Shown here: piece after piece, positions 26,797 through 40,197 of the stretch | How the letters are laid out: the number at the start of each line of letters is the position of its first letter | Position numbering within the stretch: the stretch's first letter is position 1 | Assembly: GCA_951406725.2 (NCBI GenBank) | Contig: OX597843.1 | Coordinates: 20,522,001 to 20,586,000 of the forward strand | Origin: Octopus vulgaris | Taxonomy: Eukaryota | Reading direction: 5' to 3' | Length of the DNA: 64,000 nucleotides | The notes under the pieces: model-generated | Database searches by the model: none | Seen by the model: the letters and a program-made list of their open reading frames with translations, nothing else | Told to the model about the DNA's origin: nothing | Program-made: the position numbers and the translations under genes

Positions 26797-27120
26797 ATGA
26801 AAGAGTTAGGACTCTACTCAATGGAGCGAAAACCGGAGATGTATTTAGTGATATGTGTGGAAGTTACTAGGGAAGCTGTTATCAAACTTTGGAATTCAGA
26901 ATTATACCAGACCTCGAATTGGACGTCACTGCACGGTTCCAAAAGTCCCGGAGTCTCATTTAATATTAGGATAATGTACTGCAATAGTTTGGAGTTCAAG
27001 TGCTCACAGATATTTAACGCCTTGCCAACACATCTGAGGAGTGGGTGTAGATGTTTCAAGATACAACTTGACCTCTTGCTATCCAAGTGAACCAATATCA
27101 GGGTACGAAACTCAAAAGAC
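26797..27120 (+). mobile_element. CR1/L2-group LINE 3' fragment
   Basis: MKELGLYSMERK..YLVI and IFNALPTHLR..FKIQLDLLL, typical of the RT C-terminal tail. Confidence 0.5.
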
Positions 27121-27293
27121 TGCAGCGGTAGCGAACTCCGGCCAATCCCATAAACTCGGCCAGTCGAAAAGTGTTTACACTGGTAGGGCCCCACCATCGA
27201 CACAGCCTCAGGGTTAAAACATATAAAAGAATAAAAATATATATATATATATATGAATGAAGGTTTGAAAATGCAATTTTAAAAGATGTTTAT

Positions 27294-27339
27294 TTACTTG
27301 ACCGGTTTCACTTTTTTAGAAAAAGATTGTCAAAAGTAA
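27294..27339 (-). ncRNA. Minimal type I hammerhead-like motif, U3-A8 variant, GUC site
   Basis: Reverse complement: TTACTT TTGACAA T CTTTTT CTA AAAAAG T GAAA CCGG TC AAGTAA. Confidence 0.65.
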
Positions 27340-27881
27340 CATGTAAAAGCTTTGTTGTGTTAGGTACTGGTTGTCTACAATACATACACACATTCTTTGA
27401 TAATAATATGAACATTTAGATAGTATATAAATGTACAATGAGGGAGATATGTTTAGTTTGAACTGACCTGATTCACCATATTATCGTAAAAGCTTTTACG
27501 ATAATATGGTGAATCGGGTCCGTTGAAACTAAACATATATCCCTCATTGTACATTTATATACTACCAAAATGTAACCTTTTTGAACTTATAATTTTCTGT
27601 GTGTATATATACAGATACAATACCAATTTTCCTCTGAACTTTTTAATAATTCTTTCTGTAAACTGTTTTTAACATTCTCTTTTTATTATCAAAGAATGTA
27701 TATATGTATTGTAATCTTTTGTACCCAATATTTTAATGAACTTGTCAAATTTCTTTTATATTTTCCCAAGATTTTCCCTTGTAAACTGTGTTTAACATAT
27801 TCTTATTATTATCAAAGAATATATATATGTATTGTAATATTTTGTGACAACCAGTACCTAACACAACAACGATTCTACATG

Positions 27882-27926
27882 TTGCTTTTGACAATTCTTT
27901 TTAAATAAGTGAAACCGGTCAAGTAA
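27882..27926 (+). ncRNA. Minimal type I hammerhead-like motif, U3-A8 variant, GUC site
   Basis: TTGCTT TTGACAA TTCTTTTTAAATAAGT GAAA CCGG TC AAGTAA. Confidence 0.55.
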
Positions 27927-27989
27927 ATAAACATTTTTAACATTGCATTTTCAAACCTTCTTTCATATATAATTCCACTCGTGCGGTAC

Positions 27990-28490
27990 CTTAAAACTCG
28001 AAACATTACTCTACGACAGTGGGTCGTACGTAATGTTTCGAGTGTATGGGCGCACGAATATATGAGCATGTTCATCATTTTTTTCCGACATCCTCGGTAT
28101 TGTGCATTGGGAGAGTATTCAGGGAGGACGTTTGGGGAAAATGACCGGATCTGGATTCCCGAAGTATTGAATTTTTCACGACAACAATGCACCTATCACC
28201 TCAATGGTAAGTTTCTTGCCAGAAACAACATGCAATTGCTTCCGCACATGCCCTATTCGCGAGATTTACCACCTGCTGACTTGCATCCGTTTCTCAAGAC
28301 GAAAAATCAGCTCAGAGGTCGAGATCAAGAGCAAACTTAACATCATTGTCGAAGTCAAGATGTCCTCGACTCGCCTATGGGAACTAAGTCCAGGTCGGAT
28401 TTCGAAAATTGTCAGAAAAGCTGGGGCAGTTGTATTATTGCTCAGGTAACATGAGTTACTTCTATTAAACATAGCTCGTTCAGAAAATTT
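27990..28490 (+). mobile_element. mariner transposase C-terminal remnant
   Basis: HDNNAP and LLPHMPYSRDLPPADLHPFLKTKNQLRG (YSPDLAPxD-like). Confidence 0.8.
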
Positions 28491-28899
28491 ATATATACAA
28501 CGGATTTCCTTCAGTTACCGTGAACCCAATTAATTAACATACACGGGTTTGTTTTGTTGGAGTGCAGAGTACACGCAGAAGGACTGAATACAGAAGCAAA
28601 ATTCCAATCACACAGCCATGCCAACGCCTAAGAATATGCACACAAACACACACATACACACACATACATACAAAATACACACACACACGTATGACGGAAA
28701 TGGAAAATGGATTTTACGTGATACATTAATCATTACTGCTGTTTCAACCCGTCTTCAATCGGCCCCTCATGAATGAGATAATGGTCGATTGGCTGCGGTG
28801 CATCTTTCTTTGCAGATGTTTCTCATCAGTTGACATTTCAAAAAGTTCTCTGCTCAATAAACTCGGTTTCACTTGGTTCGATTATAATGTATTTCGTTA

Positions 28900-28901
28900 G
28901 T

Positions 28902-28957
<56 letters not shown>

Positions 28958-29210
28958 TTAAAAAAAATAATATTAATGATAATAATAATAATAATTTTAG
29001 TACGAATAAGGTGAAGAAGAAGAAGAAAAAGGAGAAGGAGAAGGAGAAGAAGGTGAAGAAGAACAAAAACAATGACAACAACAACAATAATAACAACGAA
29101 GAAGTCGGTGATGAAGAAAAAGTAATATAAGTAGGAAGAAAATAGATAAGATGGACAAGAAAAACAATAACAAGAAAATTCGGGAATGAGGATAGAAATG
29201 ATAATAAAAA
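28900..29210. repeat. (AAT)n and (GAA)-rich low-complexity tract
   Basis: Direct inspection. Confidence 0.9.
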
Positions 29211-29974
29211 TATATCAACATAAGTAAAATTATCAGACATACACACAGACACAAACGTACGAGGGACACACCAAACGTTGTTTTATGTTGTGGACGACTA
29301 GCTACATTAACATCCTTCCTAAAGAAATTGAAACGGAATATACAACCATTACACTGGACAGTTTGACCAAATTGACCCAGCTGTAGCTCACTGTACAAAT
29401 ATAAAATGACGACTACCAACTTCAGCACGTCATGTAATTGTAGAGTTTCAAATAACTCATATTATTGAATCAGTATCTCAAAAGAATGAGGATGAATATA
29501 TTTCTATACGTTCTTTCCTTGAAGTGAGTATAATTCTGCAAAGATATATATTTCATAATATACCCACCTATAGACACAAATACAAACATACATATTCACG
29601 TACAATCGTACACTCATACAAAAAATGTTTGACATTTATGCAGACACAAATACTCATAGACACATTCGTACACACTCTAACATGAAAATAGTAGCAGAAC
29701 ATTAGTTAGAGATAGAGAGAGAAAAAGGAAGATGAGAAGACATCAAGTTCCCAGAAATATTTCGTAAATAAAATAATATAAAAAAAATTTAGCAACTTAC
29801 ATTTCCTCTAAACTTGAGAGATTTTGAAAGGCTCCTTGTGGGATGGCTGTGATTTCATTTTCACTGAGATATCTGAAAAATAAAACACAGTTCAAAAGAA
29901 AGAGTATTAAAGAGTATTAAAAAGATTTCTTATAAAATATTGAATCTTGTATCTTTAGAATGATATTAATAAAA

Positions 29975-30429
29975 AGAGGACGGTGAAGGAGAAAATGGCC
30001 GAAATGATGTTGATGATGATGATGAGGGGGAGGAGGATTGCGATGTTGATTGTAAATGCTGTAATAATGACGGGGAGAAGGAAAAATGATGATGATTATT
30101 ATCGAAAACGATGACAAACCCTACCGAGTAATTGGTGATGAAGACGTTGATTATTACGATGGTCATAACGAAGGTGATGATGATTCTGCATGCTAGAAAT
30201 AGCAGAGTAAATGAGGGAAGGAAATAGTTATGATGACATGATAAAATATAACTATTAGTGAATACGAAAATATGATTAGCAGAAGGACTATGAATATGAT
30301 AGCGCTGAAGATGATACTGATGATGATGATGATGATGATGATGACGATGATGATGATGATGATGATGATAATGATGATGACGATGACGATGATGATGATG
30401 ATGATGATGATAATGATGATGACGATGAC

Positions 30430-30462
<33 letters not shown>

Positions 30463-30880
30463 AATGATGATGATGACGATGATGATGATGATGATGATGA
30501 TGAAGATGATGATGATGATGATGATGATGATGACGATGATGACGATGATGGTGCTGCTGATGATGATGATGACGATGATGACGATGATGACCATAAATAT
30601 GATGAAAGATGTGATGAAAACTTAGAAATTGATAAGATTAACGAAGAAGGTGAAGGAAAATAAATCATAGAATTATAGATATAGAAAAATAGAAGAAGAA
30701 GAAGAAGAAGAAGAAGAAGAAGAAGAAGAAGAAGAAGAAGAAGAAGAAGAAGAAGAAGAAGAAGAAGAAGAAGCAAAAATGATTCGTGAAAAGAGGAGAA
30801 AGCAGATGAAAAACTTAAAAGCAGAAGAACCAGAAAATGATGAACAAGATGAATGTAGAGAAATATTGTGAAGAAGACGA
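29975..30880 (+). repeat. Acidic low-complexity region with (GAT)n (~30318-30590) and (GAA)n (~30691-30773)
   Basis: Would encode poly-Asp and poly-Glu; flank DHKYDERCDENLEIDKI resembles EHEYDEKADENVDIDII at ~4700; stops present. Confidence 0.8.
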
Positions 30881-31089
30881 TAAATGCAGGAAAAAAAGAT
30901 ATATTAGGACAAGAAAATAACGTGGAATATCAGAATGGGAAAACAAGTGGGATTAAAAGAATATAAATACAAATACTGTAGTCACACATCAAACAAACAC
31001 GAATATATATATATATATATATATATATATTGCGCGTTTATGTATTCGTTGTGCACGAATTTTGATGTGAAATCGTGTGTTGAAAGAGA

Positions 31090-31577
31090 TGTTGTTGTAT
31101 TTAGGAATGGTCATTGTGTCAGTTTAGCCAATAAAAACACACGCACTATATATTTGGTGTTACTTAGCTTCAGTGTTATTTATTTTTTAGATTAATCTTA
31201 ATCTTCTTTCGCCAGAGTTCTTTCGTCACACTCCAGTGACCTCATCAGTGATCCTTTGCTTTCTTCTTTCTTATTTGTGTCTCTCTCCTTACCAAAGGTC
31301 AGCCATTTTGTATTTTGTATTTGTATTGTATGTGTCTTCATTTGCGCATATGGATATACATCTATATGTGTCTATGTTTAGTTAAAGTGTGTGTGGGGGG
31401 GAAGTACTTGTAATATTTGTATCTCCTGTTTATATACGTTCGAAAGAACTCTGGTCGAAATAACATTAAGCTTAATGTAAAAAATAAATAACGCTGAAGC
31501 AATGTAACACCAAATATATAGTGCGTGAGTTTTTATTAGCTAAAATGGCAAAATGACCATTCCTAAATACAACAACA
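31090..31577. mobile_element. Inverted pLTR-like pair (second family) with hammerhead motif
   Basis: 31090-31225 is the reverse complement of 31441-31577 (gttgttgtatttaggaatggtcat / atgaccattcctaaatacaacaac). Confidence 0.75.
31211..31253 (-). ncRNA. Hammerhead-like motif
   Basis: Reverse complement: GATCA CTGATGA G GTCAC TGGAGT GTGAC GAAA GAAC TC TGGC; the partner arm reads ..GAAAGAACTC TGGTC, completing stem I. Confidence 0.6.
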
Positions 31578-31641
<64 letters not shown>

Positions 31642-31959
31642 ATGTGTGTGTGTGTGTTTGTGTGTGCGTGTGTGTACATACACACATCCACCTATATATA
31701 CCTTATCAAACCCTGATGTATGAACGCACACACTCACTTCCAGGCCACACATATATTCCCACTTTCTTACTCACAGGCAAACACAAATTGCAAGACAATA
31801 TGAATTGTAGAAGGATGAGGGTAAATAAAGAAGATAAGAGAGACATTTAGTTTATGGAAATTACATTGGATGACATATCGTGATCTTCTTATGAAGAAGA
31901 TGACTAACATAAGAGAAAGTTGATGATGAAGAATAGGTCGAAAAAGGAAACAACGATGA

Positions 31960-31990
31960 AGCAGCAGCAGCAGCAGCAGCAGTAGTAGTG

Positions 31991-32033
<43 letters not shown>

Positions 32034-32140
32034 AAGAAGAAGAAGAAGAAGAAGAAGAAGTGGAAGAAGAAGAAAAAGAAGAAGAAGAAGATGATGATGT
32101 TGATTATGATGATAACGATGATGAGCAACAACAACAGTAA
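31960..32140. repeat. Compound trinucleotide tract (CAG)n(TAG)n(AAG)n(ATG)n
   Basis: Direct inspection. Confidence 0.9.
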
Positions 32141-32896
32141 CAACGTTAAAACAACAATAAGAGAAGTGGCAGAAAATGTAGGAGCTGAAGAAAAGAATGA
32201 TGTAAAAAATAAGGAGGAAACGAAGGAGTCTGTCATGAAGACAACTTAAATATAATATTTCTGATCTTATAATAATTCTGTTTGTCGTTATGTTAATTAC
32301 TCCGTCGGTAACGCTTTCTCGTGATTAGAGAAAAAGAGGGAGAACGAAAAAGAGCAAAAGAGAAATGTCCATGACCTGAGTTTGAAGGAACGTGACTGTA
32401 ATGCTTTCACGTCATTAGTTGAATGGAAAGAGAGACAAAGAGAAAGAAAAAGGAATGAGAAAACGAAAGTAAGACGAAGAGTGGAGCAGAAAGAGAGGGA
32501 GAGGGAGAAAAGGGGAGAGAAAAAAGAGCGAGGGAGAAAAGGTGGGAGAGGACATTGTGGTAGGGGGAACGTAATATTTATTACGTGACGAAAAAGTTAG
32601 TTGAAGGTAGTGATATTGAGGAGGGTTACGAATATAATTTTAGCAGAGCGGTGATGTTCTGATGGTGAGATTAAAATAAGGCAGATAGGTAGATAAACTG
32701 AGAAAATGGTAGAAAGGGGGAGTGAGAGTTGGTGGTATTGGTGGTAGTTGTTGTGGTGGAAATGGTGATGATGAGTGCATAATGTAAAGTAATTTATAAA
32801 TTGAACTAAGTATTTTTTATCCCCTATCACTTAACACATGCTCATAAATATTCACACTTATTTACAGTGTCATATGTACGACGCATATATATATTT

Positions 32897-32963
<67 letters not shown>

Positions 32964-33199
32964 TATGAAATATAAACATTATAATTAAAATATATATATT
33001 TCATTTAAAATAAAGGTGGACACAGTAAATTCCATCTCTACAAGATCCCGATTAATGTTGTTACTGCTTCTCATACATGACGCCGTTGGTTGTGCTTCCG
33101 CTATGGGGGAGATAGAAATTCGCAATTTAAGGTTATTTGATCCTTTTTCCAAAGCTGTGCTTATGAAATAAGCAAATTACAAAACTTGACTGAAGAATG

Positions 33200-36100
33200 G
33201 AAAGTTAAAGAAGATTAGAAGCTACTAGCGAGAGGGTTAGGCACTACAGGCAGCGAATAAGAGAAGAACAGCGGTAAGAAATCAGAGAAAGAGACAAATG
33301 GTAACAACAGATGAGACGATCTGCAATGGATGAAGAACAACGCAAGGCACAAATGTTGTGAGAGAGAATGCGAGACCAAAGTAGAAGACAGGATGAGGAA
33401 GAACAAACACAGTAGAAGGAACAACAAAGATTGATATTTCAGCGGAGAATGGAAAACATGAATGATATGCAGAATCCGCAGTATCAGGACCAACAGAAAA
33501 GCGTAATGTAACAGAGAAGGGAGAATATGGATGATTTGGAAAGGGCTGCTTGTCTCCAAGGTCAAACAGAGAGACATCAAGATGGAGTTGCAAGTATGAA
33601 TGCTGAACAGGCGTTACGTTTGCGAGATGAAATGGTGCAACGAAAGCGTGAAGGAAGACATAGACTACCACTGAACAGACACAATAATCCTAAACGAACC
33701 TATCGTATTGGTGATATGTACTTATATTGCGAGTATTGTGGTGCACTGAATTTTAAATATGAAAACTTCATGTTCTTTCACAATATAAAGTGAATTTTCC
33801 TCCACTGCAACTAAACCCTCAGACATTGAAGCGTTTGTCTGAGAAAATTACCAAGAGTCTGCTTCATTTCGAAAAAAACATCAGCAATTACAACTGCATA
33901 TCTTCCTTTACGTCATTTGGTGTGACACTCTCTGTGCCGCAAGGAAGAGGTCTACATTGTTTCTGTATTGTTGTGGAAGGATTCCAACCACCTTCCAATT
34001 GACTAAAAGGGAACTGACACATTCCTATTAAATAGACAACTGTCGAGAATTCATCAATTAATTGGTAAATAGTTCACTGTGAGCCATTGACAGAGAGCGT
34101 TGGGTAATCGATTCGCGTCGTGTAAACACTTTCTTTCCCCCTGATTCCTTAAATCATATGTTCCAAACCAGGGTATAAAAGTGGCGACGATTTCTTCGAA
34201 GTTTGCGTTGGACGTTTACATTTGTTTGGGATGGGTATGAAACCAAAGAATATTCGTTTAAGATAGAAGGCTTATTTGCGTCTGTGGTGCAGTTGCATCA
34301 GCAACAATAGTAACAACAAGAGCAACTACAACAGCAACAACAACAAAACCAATAGTTGCTGGAATTAATGTTAAAGTAGTCTAAAAAATACTTCAGGTGT
34401 GAACTTGCCAGACAGCGTAGCAATCTCTATTGAAGTAGTATAATCCAGAGGAAGGGATTACCTTCTCTGAATATTTTCGAAGATACGAAGAAATTCTCAA
34501 AGAAGAATTTAAAAATTGATCTGAGAGGAAAAATAGTACGACTACTTGTAAGAAAGGTATCCCTTGCCGAATACAAAAAATATAGTAATTATATTGTGCC
34601 GAAAGAGTCAGGTGAGATTTGTTACAATAAAAACTATTAACATTTTATCAAATGATTTAGAACTGGACAAAAGTTAACTCTTCAGACAGAAGCAGAAGAA
34701 AGTCAGGGAAGACGACGCAGAAAAAGAAATGAAGAAAAAAAAACGATGCACAAAACGAAATTGAAGAAAAAGATTGCTCTCATATTCCAGTGTCTCCACC
34801 GTCACGGATAAGAAATAAGAGAAACAAATGTGAAGATCGAATCCATGTTGTGGGTGCGGTGGTCAACATTTAAAAAGTAATTGTCCGTTTCAAAATATTA
34901 AAGGCGTCAAATGGGGCAAGAGAGATCATAAAAAATCACACTATAGAACAAACCTGGAAGACCAAAAGACGAACAGCCTCAAGGGAAATTTGTGGACGTA
35001 AAGTTGCAACTAGTTAAGGGCAGTGATATCTCGATAATTAACACAGATAAATAGAAAAGAAACAGAAGACCTAGATTAAAAGACATTTCGAAAATTGCAG
35101 GTGGTGTTTCAGGAAAATAATTACATTTTAATGGCGTAATGATAAATCACGTTCCATTTCGTGGAAAAACCTTAGAAACCAAAGATTTTGTGTTGAATAA
35201 TATCCCAAACTTATTCGGAACACTGAATAGAATTGTTTACCTTATGGGAACTCCCCTTAAATCTTTTCAGTAAAAATGTGAATGATTTTCTTGCCAATAC
35301 CAATGAATCGTCAGACGATATGTAAAAATAAATTTCAAAGATTTTTCCTGAAGTTCTCTCTGATAAATTAGATCTCAGCATCACAACGAAAACGAAGTTC
35401 CAAGTAAAAGTAAATGCTAAACCGGTATTTAAATATAAATGAACTGTAACTTTTGCATCGTTGGAACAGATAAGCTTTTGCATCGTTAGAAACAAATAAA
35501 CAAAATCAGAGTGTATGCTGATTTTTTCCACTGGTTTAAATGAGTGTCTTAAAACGTTCCACTATCCGCTACCTACCCTGGGGGATATATTTGCAAAATT
35601 AGACGGTGGCAAGATATTTTCTTAATTGGATCTCTCTGACGCGTACCTACATATTAGAGTAGACGTGAATGCTATAAATACCTAAACATTAACGCACATA
35701 TATATATACAACAGGTTACTGTCTGCCCTTATGTCACGCCGGCGATTTTTCAAAATATTATGGATGCAGTGTTAGCGGATAGTGAATTTGCATTTCCATA
35801 TCTGGATGATATACTCATTAAAAGCGAATCACGGGATCAACATGTAGAGCACGTAATATATATGTTCGAAAAAATTAGGGATTACAGTGAAAACGAAAGC
35901 GTGGACGAGGACCAGATCCGTTGGGGTCAGACGCAATTAAATACATGACCCTCCGACAAATATGACGGCCTTACATGATTGCTTTGGAGACAGGCAAATT
36001 ATGACCAACATTATATTCTAAATATGCATAGGGTAAGCGTTACAGTAGATTATGTATTTAAAAAATGTCAATTGAAATTGCTCTGAAAATTGTCAAAGGG

Positions 36101-39100
36101 AATTCGACGAAATTTTAAAATATTAACATCTGATTTGTTGTTAGCACGCTTCGATTCTGTAGCGGAGAATTTTGTAACTTCAGATGCCTCTGAATAATGT
36201 ATCGGCGCAGTAATGCTACATAAATAAAAATATGGTAACATGAAGGCGGTGGTTCATGATATCAGCAGAAAATATTACAGCCAAATCAAAAAAGATGCTC
36301 TTCTAATTATTTTTGCCGTAAAAAATTGCATAGATTTTACACAGCAGAAGTTTTTGAATACAGACAGATCATCGTCCGTTTTTATCAGTATATGAGTAAA
36401 AGAAATAAATATCTAGCCGTACTGCTAATAGGCTGCAACGCTGGGGTACTGTATTATTAAACTATGAATTTAAGATAGAGTATATACCATCTAAAAAATT
36501 AGGACACGCTAATTGTTTATCAAGACCGATTTCAGAAAATGCTGAACCATTTGAAGATACCGTGATTGCTAATTTGCGAGCGGAAAATGAAATTAAAATC
36601 AAACTGTATAACTCCATGCGTGAACTGCTATTTACGTTACAAGACATAAAATTACAATTGGGAAACGATATATTCATTACAAAATGAAAGAAATGCAGAA
36701 GTGTTAAAGAGATAAAAGATATTCGAGCCTATCACAAGGTGTGACAATTTGCTGATGTATGCACAAAGTCGTAGTGCCAGCCACACTACAAAAGCAATTA
36801 CTAAAGGAATTTCATATTGAGTCAAAGGGATTTCGATAATGAAATCGTTAATGAGAATTTAGGTATAGTGGCCAACAACGGACTGTAACATTGAAGATAT
36901 AGTGATAGTATGCAATACCTGTTCTCTAGCTCCAAATACACCCGTCACAAAATGGCACCCGTGGCTGAAATCACTTAAGGTTTCATATCACTATGTTGTG
37001 GGGGAGTGTTTTTCAACGTGGTCTGAAGTGCATAAATGTAGAAAGCCGACATCTCTGGTTACAGAGATATCTGATGTTTGTTAGAAAGATCAGATCCATC
37101 TTTGATCAGCCGATACCGAGTGAAAATATAAAATAAAGGAATATTTCAAAATTCTTCAAGTTAGGTGACAATGTTTTTTAAAGACCTATAGATATAGTAA
37201 AGAAGGCTGGGAGGATGGTACAATTATTAAATAAATTGCAAGAATGATATTCCTGGTCAAAGGTAAAACAAATATCGAACATAAAAGACTTATTAACCAA
37301 CTTAAAACCTGATTCAAGGAAAAATCAGACAAAAGAAGTGAATTTCTCATGAAAGTATTGCACGACACTTTTGAGGTACCAACACAGAAACAATTTGTAA
37401 TTACACGTTCTAGCACCAGAAAACGAAACGAATGGAAACACAAGAATTGAGCCCTAAGCATAAGAGATATTAAAACTCTGAGCGACTTTAATTCTCAAGT
37501 GGAGAATTTAGGGGAGACTAATTCTATAAAGGGGAGATGCTGTGGAAAGATTCTGACAACCTTCCAAGTGACTAAAAGTGGTCTGGCACATTTCCATTAC
37601 ATGGAGAACTGTCTAGTCGTAAGCAATTGATTGTGAACAATTGATTGGTAAGCATTTTCCTATGATCCGTTGGCAGAGAGTGTCGAGTCTCATGTAATAG
37701 TAATCGTATTGCGTCGTGTAAACAGCTTCGTTAAATTATATATCCAATACCAGGATATAGAACGTATTCAGGGCCAAACTTAGCACAACACTGCGAACTG
37801 TCAATGGTCGCCTGCAGTACAGTCAGTTGTATATTATTAATGCATCAAAGAGTGGAAGCAAGTCAGAACTCCCAAAGCTCTTCTCAAAGAATGGGTGTCA
37901 TGTGCAACAAGTAAATCCTTAGGCTGAGTTATAAGGGAACATGCACTTAATTGAACAACAAGAGATTGGAGGTGCCAGGAGTGAAAATGTACAATTACGA
38001 AAGTGTGAAATACGTTTCAAAAGAACGGTTTATATAAGGCGCTACAACTTTTCCCCTTGCAATGAAATAACTGCACCCTGAAAACCCTAATTGCCACGAG
38101 AGAGAAAATAATCTGCTGCGAAATAAGACTTTTGAAAACCGATACATCATTGAATTTCTGAAGGATATGGTGGACAGACATGTATTTGGTGTAAGAGTAA
38201 CTCATGTCCGTGTCATCGAGTTTCAAAAGAGAGGGCTTTCACACTGCCATATGCTCGTAGACAAAGTGAAGATCAAAGATGATATAGACAGAATGGTACC
38301 AGAAGAAATTTCTGATTCAAATGATGAACCTGTCTTGCATGATTTAATTTTAAAAAATTCATGAGACTTAGACCTTGTGGTGTTGACAAACCCTCCTCGC
38401 AATACATGGGGAATGGTTCTTGCCAAACAAAGTTTCCCAAGAATAACAGAAATAAGACACTACTAAATATTAATGGATATCCAGAATACAGGAGGCACAA
38501 TAAAGGGAACACATCACAAGTTGGATTCCATTCTGTTGACAACTGGTATGTCGTTCCATTCTATGCTTACTTATTAAAGAAATTCCGAGCTCATATTAAT
38601 GTAGAAGTTTGCTCCTCTGTAAAAATGTCAAGAATATATGCAAGTATGTCTACAACGGTCAAGATAGCGCTTAGTTGAAGTAAGGAATGATTCAGTTGCA
38701 GAAGATGGACAGACTCAGCAACCTCATGGTTAAATCAGAAATTATGGATATGTTTCTCCTTCTGAAGCCTTATGGAGAATGTCTACGTAGAAGCTGCATG
38801 ACTCGTTCCACACTGTCTACAGATTAGCAGTTCACTTTGAAGACCAGCGGAGACTGAGCTTTCACAGAGGTAGCACTTAGAAACCTGCTCAAGAACAGAG
38901 AGATCGTGACAATACTCCCACTGCATGGTTCAAACTGAATGAGCACGATTAACGGAAGTACTTGTACCCTAACATTCCTATACGTTACGTGTTTAATGAA
39001 CGTACAAAAACATGAACACTCAGGAGAAGAATCAATACCATCGGCTGCAGAATGAACACAGTGAATCCTAAGGACGTAGAAAAATTTCATTACGATTGCT

Positions 39101-39620
39101 ATTTTGGATGTTCCAGGTGCTAAGCGCTTTGAGAAGTGAGCACTGTAGGAGGTGATATCTATGCAACATTTAAAGATGAGTTGGTCTCCTCCAAATTGAT
39201 GAGGGTTTGGAAAATACTATACTTGAAGCTGCTGCGTATCGGATGCCATTTCAGTTGCGTATTACGTTTGCTGTCCTCTGCATCTATTCAAATCTTTCCA
39301 ATGTTCTTCGCCTGTGGAATACTGACAAGAATTCTATGATGGAAGATTATGCTCACCGAGGGCTGAATGCAGACTCTACACTCCATAAATTCTGTGTTAA
39401 TTGAAAGTGGCACTAGCTGCATTAATATTAGCTTGCTTGTACCAATTGGAATGTAACGGGTTGAGCAGAAAGATGACATGAACCACCCACTCATTGCAAC
39501 CCTTACCAACGAGCAGAAAGGGATCGCTGATGCAGTCATTAAAGACAGTTGGTAAGAAAAGGTTGAGGTGAGATGCTGGAATCTTTCTATTTCTCTGCTG
39601 ATTTTCCCGGAGGCTTTAAC
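33200..39620 (+). mobile_element. Helitron RepHel pseudogene, copy B (STPR-like repeats, zinc finger, HUH Rep), interrupted by Gypsy
   Basis: N-terminal R/E/Q repeats; IGDMYLYCEYCGALNF; FEKNISNYN..FTSFG..GRGLHCF|RIQGQ; VIEFQKRGLSHCHML (HUH); PCG; GYPEYRR; DNWYVVP..HINVEVCSSVK; YRLAVH. Confidence 0.92.
33969..37762 (+). mobile_element. Complete but degenerate Ty3/Gypsy LTR retrotransposon
   Basis: 5' LTR 33969-34180, PBS-like gtggcgacga 34181-34190, PPT aaaggggaga 37528-37537, 3' LTR 37538-37762, 5-bp TSD tgtat/cgtat; gag knuckles, YPLP, YLDDILI, RNase H and integrase HHCC remnants. Confidence 0.92.
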
Positions 39621-40197
39621 TTCATAAATTCCACTTCAATCCGTACACTTCGGTAAATTTCTTATTTGATTTTGCAACGTTCTGTGTTTTCTTTTTGTTG
39701 TTGTTGACGGAATTACTGATAAATGTAAGTTCATAATTTACTGACAGGAGTAACTTCAAACATTTCACTTAATCCCGCGCACATAGTTAATTTCCCTAAA
39801 AATGTCTTCTTTATCTGTTGTTAATGGCTTTTTTCTGGTTCCATCTATACTGGCACTTTGGTTCAGTAAGTGACAAATTTCACTTCAACACGTACAATTT
39901 TTTTATTCTCCGGAAAACTATCTTGTTAATGTTCTGCTTGTCGTATTAAGAAATATAATTGTCGTTACCCAGTTATTTTCATTGTTTACTATCTTCTGCG
40001 CTCGTGTATTTCCGTATAACCATGCCTAAAAGGAAGGTGTCAAATCTGTCTACAATGTCAAGATAAAGCCAAAGAATGTCTCTGTCTAGAGAAAGAGAGA
40101 CAGCTGCAGAAAGGGAAGCATACCAAGAAACGAACAGACTTTGCACTACGAAAAAGCCAGAGCATCTCAAAATGATGAACAGAGGTATACACGGCTG

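Larger units (their letters stand above)
27255..27990. mobile_element. ORF-less palindromic Penelope pLTR unit, same family as 10310-13672
   Basis: Inverted arms centred on the loop-less 46-bp palindrome gattcaccatattatcgtaaaagcttttacgataatatggtgaatc (27470-27515); ends match the 10345/13672 termini. Confidence 0.85.

Noticed and set aside
30193-30776. Poly-Met, poly-Ile and poly-Ser ORFs
   Set aside because: Alternative frames of (GAT)n/(GAA)n repeats.
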